Source: a virus
Taxonomy: Duplodnaviria > Caudoviricetes
Virus record (IMG/VR): IMGVR_UViG_3300011334_000219
Coordinates: 1-29,153 of that record
DNA: 29,153 nt
Reading direction: 5' to 3' (one strand)
In this document: positions 17,370 to 25,482 of the stretch, one piece after another
Layout: each line of letters starts with the position of its first letter
How positions within the stretch are numbered: the stretch's first letter is position 1
Program-made: the position numbers and the translations under genes
The notes under the pieces: generated by a model
What the model was told of the DNA's origin: nothing
Seen by the model: only the letters and a program-made list of their open reading frames with translations
Database searches by the model: none

Positions 17370-18675
17370 TTTTTAGTTCCTCTAGTGCTAGGTCGGATAC
17401 TGTACGCTTGTCGTGCAGCGCCGCCCATATGCGTTCATCAATACTCTTTTCGGTTAGCATCACGTAGACCCAGACATCTTTTGTCTGGCCGCTGCGGTGC
17501 AAACGCCCGACAGTCTGTTCGTACAACTCCAGCGACCACGGCAGCGACAGGAACACCATGTGGCATCCGCCATGCTGTAGGTTCAAGCCATGCCCTGCCG
17601 ACTTAGGGTGGGCCAGCAACAGCTCGACCTCGCCTGCGTTCCAGCGTTCGATGACGTTGTCATCATCCATCGTCTGCGCGTGCGGGAAGCGGCGCTTCAG
17701 TTCCGCTAACTCTTCCTGATATGTATACGCTACTAGCGTATTGGCCCGCTGGTTTTCCGACAGCAGTTCTTCCAGCCGGTCAAACTTGTGGCTGCTGAAC
17801 CAGATGGACGGCGTGCCTGCGTCGCGGTTGTACACAAAGCCAGACGCCATCTGTTGCAGCTTGGTCGTTACCGCCGCTGCGTTCTGGGCTACGATCTGGT
17901 CGCTGCCGAAACGCACGACATAGTCGCGCTTCATCTTTTCGTATGGCGCGCGGTCATCCAGCGCGACGCGTACCTCAGTGACATGGCATGGCGGCAGCTT
18001 GTCCTTGTACTCGCCCGGCTCAAGCACGAACGTCGCAGGGCGTATGCGCTTCATGACTTGCTCCAGCGCGCCGGCTGCGGGTACCCATTGACCAAACTCG
18101 CGGTTGGTGCAGATGAAATACTGTTGCATGAACGCACCCTTGGCGCGGCCCAGCAACGACTGGTCTATTATCTTGCACTGGCCGAAGACATCCTCCAGCC
18201 CGTTCGACGTAAACGATCCTGTCAACCCCCAACGTATTCTCATAGAAGACATGATTTTCTCCAAAGCCTTATAGCGTTTGCCTGACGGGTTCTTCAGTCG
18301 CGTCAGTTCGTCAAACACCACTCCATCGAAACTTGATAAGTCCTTTAGCTTGTCCAAGTTATCATAATTGCTAACCACAACGCTGGCGCCGCTGTCCATT
18401 GCGGCTGCGCGCTGCGCCGGCGTGCCAACAGCCACCGCGGGCGTAAGGCTAGACCACTTCGGCGCTTCCACCGGCCACACGTCAGTGCAGACACGCTTCG
18501 GCGCCACCACCAGCCAGCGGTTGACAATGCCATCGCGCAGCATCTCATCCATCGCCGTCAAAGTAATGGCGGTCTTGCCAGCGCCTACAGGCGCAAGGAT
18601 CATGGCGCGGTCGCGTTCGTACAGGAACGTCGCCGCCTGCTGCTGGTACGGTCTTAGCTGAAACGTTTGAGCCAT
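17362..18675 (-). CDS. SNF2-family DEAD/H-like helicase
   Basis: LRPYQ, GAGKT, VVFDE, GLTGS, GHGLNLQ and GRLHRSGQ motifs; start placed at MAQTF (18675), ORF extends to 18705. Confidence 0.92.
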   Translation of the reverse strand: MAQTFQLRPYQQQAATFLYERDRAMILAPVGAGKTAITLTAMDEMLRDGIVNRWLVVAPKRVCTDVWPVEAPKWSSLTPAVAVGTPAQRAAAMDSGASVVVSNYDNLDKLKDLSSFDGVVFDELTRLKNPSGKRYKALEKIMSSMRIRWGLTGSFTSNGLEDVFGQCKIIDQSLLGRAKGAFMQQYFICTNREFGQWVPAAGALEQVMKRIRPATFVLEPGEYKDKLPPCHVTEVRVALDDRAPYEKMKRDYVVRFGSDQIVAQNAAAVTTKLQQMASGFVYNRDAGTPSIWFSSHKFDRLEELLSENQRANTLVAYTYQEELAELKRRFPHAQTMDDDNVIERWNAGEVELLLAHPKSAGHGLNLQHGGCHMVFLSLPWSLELYEQTVGRLHRSGQTKDVWVYVMLTEKSIDERIWAALHDKRTVSDLALEELKNE

Positions 18676-18929
18676 GCGTCTATGTCCTCTATCGACCACA
18701 GACACGCGTAGTGCTGCTTGGTGTGTGCCATCTCATCTGAAAAGATACGCTGCAACGCAGACAGGCGTCCGTTGGGCTGCTTGATTTCTATAAACCAAGC
18801 CTCACCGTTAGGCATACAAGCTATGCGGTCGGCAACGCCAACTTGCGTGATGCTGCGGAACTTATAGGCAAAACCGCCCAGCGCCCGCACACGTTTACAA
18901 AAGTACCGCTCTATTTCTTTCTCAGTCAT
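18654..18929 (-). CDS. VRR-NUC domain nuclease
   Basis: EKEIE, GVADRI, FIEIK, GRLSALQ motifs. Confidence 0.88.
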   Translation of the reverse strand: MTEKEIERYFCKRVRALGGFAYKFRSITQVGVADRIACMPNGEAWFIEIKQPNGRLSALQRIFSDEMAHTKQHYACLWSIEDIDAWLKRFS

Positions 18930-18935
18930 GCAAAA

Positions 18936-18964
18936 AGGCTACTACAAAATTTTTTCAATTTCAA
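18936..18964 (-). promoter_or_regulatory. Putative leftward promoter (leaderless VRR-NUC/helicase mRNA)
   Basis: Minus strand TTGAAA-17 nt-TAGCCT; ATG lies 6 nt downstream with no SD. Confidence 0.45.
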
Positions 18965-18967
18965 GCC

Positions 18968-18996
18968 TTGCATTAAGTTTTGTTGCAGTCTATGGT
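18968..18996 (+). promoter_or_regulatory. Putative rightward promoter of the replication operon
   Basis: TTGCAT-17 nt-TATGGT. Confidence 0.5.
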
Positions 18997-19026
18997 CACA
19001 TCTCAAACAGTAAAGTGAGGTACATT

Positions 19027-20148
19027 ATGCAACACAGTAAGATTGTCGGCGGTTCGACCGCCAAGCGCGTCATAGCCTGCCCCGGCAGCGTGGCGCTGGT
19101 GGACACCGTACCGCCAAAGCCCAGCAGCAGCTACGCCGACGAAGGCACGCTCCTGCACGACAGCATTGCAACTATACTAGAACGCGACGTTGACCCGTAC
19201 CGCTTGGTTGGTCTGCGTTACGAAGACGTAGAGTTGACGGAAGCGTTAGTCGAGGACAAGCTGATACCGGCGCTGCGTGCGCTGGACGAGATAGACCCGC
19301 AGGGGGAGATGGAATATGCTGTTGAGAGCAGGGTTGGTTTTGGTGATTATTTGCCTAACGTTTTTGGTTCTACCGATCTTCTTGGTCGCCTTGGTGATCG
19401 AGCGATTGTTCTGGATTGGAAATTTGGCGATGGTGTGGCTGTTGAAGCCACCGAAAACGCCCAATTACTCTTCTACGCTGCGGCGTCTAGGCGAACGGCG
19501 GAAACGGCGTGGGCTTTCGACGGAGCCAAAGAAGTAGAACTAATCATTGTCCAGCCGCCTTACGTTAAGCGGTGGGTGACAACGCTGGACCGCGTCGATG
19601 CGTTTGAGAAAGAACTTGCCGCTGCCGTCAAGATTGCTGCGCGGCCAGACGCGCCGTTGGCATCAGGCGACCATTGCAAGTGGTGCGCGGCCAAGCCTGT
19701 CTGCCCTGTTATGACCGGCGCTGTAGACCGCGCGCTGAAGGTCAAGGTCGATGCGCTGCCAATGGATCAGATAGCACACTATCTGGAACAGGCGCCGCTG
19801 GTCGAGGCGTTCATTAAAGATTTGCAGCAGTTGGCGCATGGGCTTCTGGAAAGCGGGGCAAAAGTCCCCGGCTGGAAGCTGGTCAACAAACGCGCAACAC
19901 GGCAGTGGACAAACGAAGATAAAGCTGTAGCTTTCATGTCCGCTGCGGGTGTAGAAGCATGGGCTGATCCAAAGCCGCTGTCGCCTGCACAAGCGGAAAA
20001 GGCTTTGAAGAAAGCCAAAATAGAATTGCCAGCGGACTTAATTGTCGCTGTCTCCAGTGGCTCTACCCTTGCGCCGGAAAGTGATTCCCGGCCAGCGGTC
20101 TTGCAGATCGGACAGATGCTTACCAAAGCTATGTCTAAAATACAGTAA
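19027..20148 (+). CDS. Cas4-like PD-(D/E)XK nuclease (DUF2800-like)
   Basis: CPGS, EGTLLH, FGSTD, DWKFG, QLLFYA and HCKWC...CP motifs; start at MQHSK after GTGAGG. Confidence 0.85.
   Translation: MQHSKIVGGSTAKRVIACPGSVALVDTVPPKPSSSYADEGTLLHDSIATILERDVDPYRLVGLRYEDVELTEALVEDKLIPALRALDEIDPQGEMEYAVESRVGFGDYLPNVFGSTDLLGRLGDRAIVLDWKFGDGVAVEATENAQLLFYAAASRRTAETAWAFDGAKEVELIIVQPPYVKRWVTTLDRVDAFEKELAAAVKIAARPDAPLASGDHCKWCAAKPVCPVMTGAVDRALKVKVDALPMDQIAHYLEQAPLVEAFIKDLQQLAHGLLESGAKVPGWKLVNKRATRQWTNEDKAVAFMSAAGVEAWADPKPLSPAQAEKALKKAKIELPADLIVAVSSGSTLAPESDSRPAVLQIGQMLTKAMSKIQ
19316..19537 (+). CDS. Candidate overprinted membrane protein (73 aa) in the +1 frame of the nuclease gene
   Basis: GGAG 7 nt before the ATG; 43-residue hydrophobic stretch then a basic tail; host-frame third positions become T-rich over this stretch. 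Confidence 0.55.
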   Translation: MLLRAGLVLVIICLTFLVLPIFLVALVIERLFWIGNLAMVWLLKPPKTPNYSSTLRRLGERRKRRGLSTEPKK

Positions 20149-20166
20149 CAGAAAAGGAATACAGTA

Positions 20167-20829
20167 ATGTCCAATATCACTACTTTTGGCGGCGCTAACT
20201 TGCCGTCAGTACAATCGCTCTCTGGCGCTTTGCGCTCCATCCAAGCTGAAAGTGCCCCCGGTGGTACAGTCATCCTCAAGATGGACAAGACAGGCCATTG
20301 GGTTTTCGGTGCAGACCAGACCGAAGTCGAGGAAGGCAGCCGCTGGGCAGCTAACCCGTTCTCGTTCGTCCACGGCTACATTGCGTGGGGCAACGGCGAA
20401 GTGCTGGCTGAAAAGCTGGTGCCGGTGTCAGAGCCGCTTCCAGAGCTAGACCCAGCGCCAGCAGGCGCACAGCGCGGTTGGGAAATGCAAGTGGGCATGA
20501 TGCTCGTTTGCACCAACGGCGAAGACAAGGATATGCAGGCACGCTTCACCGCTACGTCAGTCGGTGGCAAACGCGCCGTGCAGGCGTTGGCTGTCGCCAT
20601 CGCTGATCAGGTCGAGAAAGACCAGACTAAGCCTGTGCCATTGCTTGAACTAAAGACCGAGCATTACCAGCACAAGACTTACGGGCGTATCTTTACGCCT
20701 ATCTTTGAGATTACCGATTGGGTGTCTATGGACACCGATTCGGTAGCTGAACCAGAGGAAGCGGTATCGGAAACCGCCGCTGATCCTGAAGCCGCTGAAG
20801 GTGCGCGTCGCCGGCGTCGCGTAGCCTAA
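20167..20829 (+). CDS. Putative single-stranded DNA-binding/annealing protein (220 aa)
   Basis: Between nuclease and polymerase as in APSE-like modules; YQHKTYGRIFTP..W motif and an acidic C-terminal region. Confidence 0.6.
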   Translation: MSNITTFGGANLPSVQSLSGALRSIQAESAPGGTVILKMDKTGHWVFGADQTEVEEGSRWAANPFSFVHGYIAWGNGEVLAEKLVPVSEPLPELDPAPAGAQRGWEMQVGMMLVCTNGEDKDMQARFTATSVGGKRAVQALAVAIADQVEKDQTKPVPLLELKTEHYQHKTYGRIFTPIFEITDWVSMDTDSVAEPEEAVSETAADPEAAEGARRRRRVA

Positions 20830-20833
20830 GTGG

Positions 20834-20872
20834 TGCGAAAGCCGGGGTGATCCACCACCCCGGCGAGTAGCA
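20834..20872 (+). promoter_or_regulatory. Hairpin with a loop E/bulged-G internal loop upstream of the polymerase RBS
   Basis: TGC-GAAA-GCCGGGGTG-ATCCAC-CACCCCGGC-GAGTA-GCA; no U-tract. Confidence 0.55.
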
Positions 20873-20888
20873 GAAGAGTGAGAACTTC

Positions 20889-22844
20889 ATGACTAAATTA
20901 TGGGTAGACTTTGAAACGCGCAGTCGGTGCGACCTTCGCAGCCGCGGCGTGTACAATTACGCGCAGGACGCCAGCACCGACGTGCTGTGTATGTCATACG
21001 CATTTGATGACGAAGACGTGCGGACGTGGCTACCCGGTGAGCCTTTCCCGCAAGCCGTGCGTGATCACAAGGGGCTGGTGTACGCGCACAACGCAGCGTT
21101 TGAGCGTCTGATATTCTGGTATGTCCTTCAGGTCGAGTTTAAGCTGGAGCAGTTTTATTGCACCGCAGCACAAGCCCGCGCTAACTGCGCGCCGGGCAGC
21201 CTTGAGGATGTGGGCCGCTTCGCTGGCGCGACTATGAAAAAAGACCACCGCGGCGGACAACTGATCCGCGCGCTATCCATCCCGCAAGGCGACGGCGAGT
21301 TCCGCGCAGACGCGAAGCTGATGCAAGAGATGGTTGACTATTGCGAACAGGACGTGCGGGCCATGCGTGCCATAGCGCAGGCGCAGCGCCCGCTGTCGGC
21401 TGAAGAGTTGGCTGACTATCATGTCAACGAGCGTATCAACGACCGCGGCGTGCTGCTCGACAGGCCATTGGCGCTGGCAGCGGTTTCGTACTCAAACGCA
21501 GAAACAATTGAAATACAGAACTTGGTGTGCGAGATAACCAACCGCGAAATTGTAAGCGTTCGCAGCGTGCGTATGAAGGACTGGGTTTGGGACCGCGTTG
21601 GGCCTGAATCGCGGAAACTTATGACGCTTATTAAAAAAGAACGTGAGCATAGATGTCTAGATAAAAACGCGCGCGCAAACTTGCTGGCGTTAGCGGAGGA
21701 GAACCCTGATGAAGTGCCGGCGGAAGTGGCGGATGTTATCCAGTGCGCGGACGATCTGTGGGCATCGTCCGTTGCGAAGTTCCAACGTGCAGCGGCGCTT
21801 GCTGATGAGGAGGATTTTCGCGTTAGAGGAGCGTTCGTATTTGCAGGAGGTAGCGCTACTGGCCGCGCTGCATCGTATGGGCTTCAGGTCCATAACTTCC
21901 CAAGAAAGTGCGCCGCAGACCCTGCATTAGTACGGCAGGCTATGGTGCGCGGGCATCAAATTGTCCCTGACCATGGTCGCCGTGTAACTGACGTGCTGAA
22001 AGGTATGCTGCGCCCTGCGCTGATGGCCGGCAAAGGCAAGCGCCTTGTTGTTGCCGATTGGGCTGCGATTGAAGCGCGTGTGACGCCGTGGGCGTCCGAC
22101 AGTATCTTTGGTGAACGCAAGCTGGACATCTTTGCCAAGGGCGAAGACGTGTACAAGCACAACGCTATGGCGACCTTTCATGTCGGTTACGGCGATGTCA
22201 CTACAGACCAGCGCCAGATCGGCAAGGTGCAAGAGTTGGCCTGTGGCTTTGCCGGCGGCGTTGGAGCGTTCGCCAGCATGGGCCGCATTTACGGCTTGAT
22301 GATGTCAGAGAGCGACGCAAAGCGCATGGTTGACGCATGGCGCAGGGCTAACCAGTGGGCCGTGCCGTACTGGTCGGGTCTGGAAGAGACTTATATGCGC
22401 GCCATGCGGAACAAGAACCGTGAGTTTACAATAGGCCGCATCACATATTTATTTGATGGACTGCATCTTTGGTATGCCCTTCCGTCTGGACGTGTGTTAT
22501 GCTATCCTTTCGCCCGTTTCGACGAGGAAGGCAACCTGACCTACGCGAAGGCTTCTTGGAAGCCCGCCGCGGACGCGAAGGAGTGGCCGAGGGCGCGGCT
22601 ATGGCGCGGTTTGGCGTGTGAGAACATCACGCAAGCTATCGCTAATGACTTGCTGCGCTACGCCTTGCGGCAGTTGGACGATACGGTACTTCATATTCAC
22701 GATGAAATCGTCTTGGAAGTGCCAGAAGCAGATGCAGAAGCCGCAGCAGCGCGGCTGGTGCAGGTTATGTGTACGCCGCCACCTTGGGCATCGGGGCTAC
22801 CCCTGAACGCAGAAGTGGCAATTATGGAACGTTATGGCAAATAA
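20889..22844 (+). CDS. Family A DNA polymerase (APSE/SPO2-like) with 3'-5' exonuclease domain
   Basis: DFETRS, AHNAAFE, YCEQDV exonuclease motifs; ATGR, DWAAIEAR, RQIGKVQELACGF and HIHDEIV polymerase motifs. Confidence 0.95.
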   Translation: MTKLWVDFETRSRCDLRSRGVYNYAQDASTDVLCMSYAFDDEDVRTWLPGEPFPQAVRDHKGLVYAHNAAFERLIFWYVLQVEFKLEQFYCTAAQARANCAPGSLEDVGRFAGATMKKDHRGGQLIRALSIPQGDGEFRADAKLMQEMVDYCEQDVRAMRAIAQAQRPLSAEELADYHVNERINDRGVLLDRPLALAAVSYSNAETIEIQNLVCEITNREIVSVRSVRMKDWVWDRVGPESRKLMTLIKKEREHRCLDKNARANLLALAEENPDEVPAEVADVIQCADDLWASSVAKFQRAAALADEEDFRVRGAFVFAGGSATGRAASYGLQVHNFPRKCAADPALVRQAMVRGHQIVPDHGRRVTDVLKGMLRPALMAGKGKRLVVADWAAIEARVTPWASDSIFGERKLDIFAKGEDVYKHNAMATFHVGYGDVTTDQRQIGKVQELACGFAGGVGAFASMGRIYGLMMSESDAKRMVDAWRRANQWAVPYWSGLEETYMRAMRNKNREFTIGRITYLFDGLHLWYALPSGRVLCYPFARFDEEGNLTYAKASWKPAADAKEWPRARLWRGLACENITQAIANDLLRYALRQLDDTVLHIHDEIVLEVPEADAEAAAARLVQVMCTPPPWASGLPLNAEVAIMERYGK

Positions 22845-22854
22845 GGAGCAAGCG

Positions 22855-25203
22855 ATGAGTGAGGATCGCCAGAAGTTTATAGATTATATAGTTGGATTAG
22901 CCGCTGATACAGTGGGTGAAACGGCTTTGTTAGTGCGTCAGAAGCCAATACGCGGCGATGACGGCAACCTAATCTACCATGCAGATGGTGCGCCGAAGGC
23001 GACCTTTCCTGCGTTCCTGCCCGAAAAGGCACGGATTAAAGATGGCGAGGCTTGGTATATCAACACAGGTTCGTTCGTCGTTGACCGCTTTGTAGACGGC
23101 AAGCCGGCTGCTAAGTCCAGCAACGTCGAGTTCGTCCTGTTTATGATGCTGGATGACATTGGCACAAAGTCTAAGACGCCGCCGCTTGACCCGACATGGA
23201 TACTGGAAACTAGCGAAGGTTCGTTCCAGTGGGGCTATGCGTTTAACGAGCAACCAAACAAAGGCGATTTCTGCGCTGCCGTCAAAGCTATTGCAGATGC
23301 GGGCTATACCGACCCCGGCGCGACTAACGCTGTCCGCAACTGCCGTATCCCTGACAGCATTAACCTGAAGCGCGGGCGCGGCAACTTTCCCGCACGGCTG
23401 GTCGAGTTCCACCCAGAGCGTGAATACACTTTAGAGCAGATTTGCACTGCTTTGGGTGTTACGCCAGAAGAAGGCGACACAGCGGACTATAAAGCCGTAA
23501 AGATACGCGACACTGGACAGGACAACGTCCTGACATGGTTAAGCGAACAGAACCTAGTTCTTAGCGCACCTAACAACGACGGCTGGTGTGGCATTGTCTG
23601 CCCTAACCATCACGAACACAGCGACGGCATGATCGAGGCGCGCTACAAGCCGCTGGATCGTTCGTTCTGCTGCTACCACGGCCATTGCCAAGACTTAGAC
23701 AGCCGCACGTTTCTTGATTGGGTCGCCGCTAACGGTGGGCCGCAGGCAACGCCCGGCTTGCGTGATGAGCTAATCGCTGAACGCATGGCGTCGATGATGG
23801 ACAAGATTTCACCAACGGAAGCCTTCCCTGATGAAGCCGCAGCGCGTGTGCGTGAGGTCGAAAAGAAAGAAGCAGGACGGCTGGAACAAAGCGAGTGGTT
23901 TGATCGGTTCGCTTACATACAGTCTGATGACTGCTATTTCGACATGGTCACACGTCAAGAGATAGCGCGTAACGTCTTCAACGCTTTGTTCCGTCACATT
24001 GACTGTCGTTCCATCCACAAGAAAACGCAGCGTGTGCAAGCGTCCATCTATTTTGATGAGCGTCGGCAGGATCGCGGCGCGCCAGCATTGGCAGCGGTGA
24101 CGTTTGCCGCCGGCGATGACGTTCTGGTGACGCGCGACGGGTTGGTTTACGGCAACAGGTGGACAAACGCCCGCCCTGATGTAGCTGATAGCGACAAGAT
24201 TGCGGATCATGATGTCGAGCCTTGGCTAGCGCATTGCCGCAATCTGATCGCGGATGATAAAGAGTTAGACCATATCCTTAACGCTATGGCGTTCAAGATA
24301 CAAAACCCAACGGTCAAGATCAATCACGCCATCCTTATTGGCGGCGATGAAGGCGCGGGCAAGGATACTATATTCCAGCCGTTCCTGTGGGCGCTAGGCG
24401 GCAAGAACTGGCGCAACAGGTCAGTCATTGAGGCTGGCGGATTGGAAAGCCAGTGGGGCTATGCGCTTGAGGCTGAAGTGGTCATCCTGAATGAGTTAAA
24501 GGAACCAGAGGCAAGAGAGCGCCGCGCTATGGCTAACAAGCTAAAGCCGCTGATCGCTGCGCCACCTGAAACGCTGTCGGTCAACCGTAAGGGTATGCAC
24601 CCCTATGATTTGGTCAATCGCTTAATGGTGATCGCTTACACGAACGATTCGCTGCCTATCACGCTGCCAACGCAGGATCGCCGTTGGTTCTGCGTCTGGA
24701 CACACGCGCCGCGCATGACAACGCCAGCAGCCGACGCGCTGTGGGGCTGGTATAAGACAGGCGGCTATGAAAAGTGCGCCGCTTGGCTGCACCAGCGCGA
24801 CGTGTCGGCGTTCAACCCTGCTGCTGCACCGCCAGTGACCGAATGGAAGCTGAACATGGTCGAGCATGGCATGAGCGCAGCGGAAAGCTATCTGGTAGAG
24901 TTGATGCGTAATCGGTCGGGTATGTTTGCGGATGGTGTCATCGGTGGGCCGTTCCATCGTCTTGGCGATATACTCGCGCCGTTCATGCCAGCGGGATTAA
25001 AGGTTCCGCAAGCTGCGCTGCTTCATGCGTTAAAGGAGGCTGGATGGGTTGACATGGGGCGGATCGGTTCGGTTGAACACCCCACTAAAAAGCATATCTT
25101 TGTCGCGCCGGATGCGCTTCAGAAATATAGCAAGTCCGACTTGCGCCGCATGGCGGAAAACTTACCTACAAGCAGCAATATGCCAACGATAGGCAGGAAT
25201 TGA
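22855..25203 (+). CDS. Primase-helicase (RepB-like primase domain, Zn-binding region, SF3/D5-like ATPase)
   Basis: MLDD and ETSEGSFQW; CPNHHEH...CYHGHC; GDEGAGKD Walker A, ILNE, DRRW; start at MSEDRQ after AAGGAG. Confidence 0.88.
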   Translation: MSEDRQKFIDYIVGLAADTVGETALLVRQKPIRGDDGNLIYHADGAPKATFPAFLPEKARIKDGEAWYINTGSFVVDRFVDGKPAAKSSNVEFVLFMMLDDIGTKSKTPPLDPTWILETSEGSFQWGYAFNEQPNKGDFCAAVKAIADAGYTDPGATNAVRNCRIPDSINLKRGRGNFPARLVEFHPEREYTLEQICTALGVTPEEGDTADYKAVKIRDTGQDNVLTWLSEQNLVLSAPNNDGWCGIVCPNHHEHSDGMIEARYKPLDRSFCCYHGHCQDLDSRTFLDWVAANGGPQATPGLRDELIAERMASMMDKISPTEAFPDEAAARVREVEKKEAGRLEQSEWFDRFAYIQSDDCYFDMVTRQEIARNVFNALFRHIDCRSIHKKTQRVQASIYFDERRQDRGAPALAAVTFAAGDDVLVTRDGLVYGNRWTNARPDVADSDKIADHDVEPWLAHCRNLIADDKELDHILNAMAFKIQNPTVKINHAILIGGDEGAGKDTIFQPFLWALGGKNWRNRSVIEAGGLESQWGYALEAEVVILNELKEPEARERRAMANKLKPLIAAPPETLSVNRKGMHPYDLVNRLMVIAYTNDSLPITLPTQDRRWFCVWTHAPRMTTPAADALWGWYKTGGYEKCAAWLHQRDVSAFNPAAAPPVTEWKLNMVEHGMSAAESYLVELMRNRSGMFADGVIGGPFHRLGDILAPFMPAGLKVPQAALLHALKEAGWVDMGRIGSVEHPTKKHIFVAPDALQKYSKSDLRRMAENLPTSSNMPTIGRN

Positions 25204-25229
25204 CATCAGTGGGTTTCCAGTGATACAAT
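25200..25229 (+). promoter_or_regulatory. Near-consensus sigma70 promoter driving a short non-coding transcript
   Basis: TTGACA(25200-25205)-18 nt-TACAAT(25224-25229) with an extended TGn; no + strand gene follows. Confidence 0.7.
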
Positions 25230-25233
25230 GTTT

Positions 25234-25300
25234 GGGTTGGTAATGCTCTACTGACCCTTTTGGAAAACCCTCGGCGTCCTCACTCCGCCGAGGGTTTTTT
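25234..25300 (+). ncRNA. Candidate two-hairpin small regulatory RNA (~67 nt)
   Basis: Hairpin 1 GGGTTGGTA-ATGCTC-TACTGACCC has two G-U pairs valid only on +; hairpin 2 loop TCCTCACTC; ends in a T6 tract. Confidence 0.6.
25264..25300. terminator. Bidirectional intrinsic terminator between convergent operons
   Basis: AAAACCCTCGGCG-9 nt-CGCCGAGGGTTTTTT, perfect 13-bp stem with A and T tracts. Confidence 0.85.
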
Positions 25301-25302
25301 GT

Positions 25303-25482
25303 TTATTCGTCCCATGCTTCTTCGGCGTCTAGGATCAACTCGCATGGCGGGAAGCGCAGATTGCTCACTTCAATATCGGTTATTATGCCTCTAAAGGCGA
25401 GATGCTCCATCAGGCGATAAGCCAGCGTAGCTTCGGCGCGTTGGTCGTAATTTTCAAAAGCGTCTATTTCTTCTTCAGTCAT
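25303..25482 (-). CDS. Acidic hypothetical protein (59 aa), not in the ORF track
   Basis: MTEEEIDAFENYDQRAEATLAYRLMEHLAFRGIITDIEVSNLRFPPCELILDAEEAWDE*; AAGGA RBS; ends at the terminator. Confidence 0.65.
   Translation of the reverse strand: MTEEEIDAFENYDQRAEATLAYRLMEHLAFRGIITDIEVSNLRFPPCELILDAEEAWDE

Noticed and set aside
18928-19026. ORF-track N-terminal extension of the Cas4-like nuclease
   Set aside because: It runs through the divergent promoter region; the ATG at 19027 has an RBS-like sequence and a family-typical start
19027-20148. Cas4-like gene as evidence of a CRISPR system
   Set aside because: No repeat-spacer array or other cas genes; solo Cas4-like nucleases are normal in phage replication modules
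21480-21690. AT-richer, divergent-looking patch in the polymerase (possible intein or recombinant segment)
   Set aside because: No intein terminal motifs and normal polymerase length; mosaicism cannot be judged without alignments
21709-21930. +1-frame ORF inside the polymerase with a local T/A third-position shift
   Set aside because: Weaker bias than at 19316, no clear protein features and an ambiguous start; worth including in a synonymous-constraint scan but not supportable by eye
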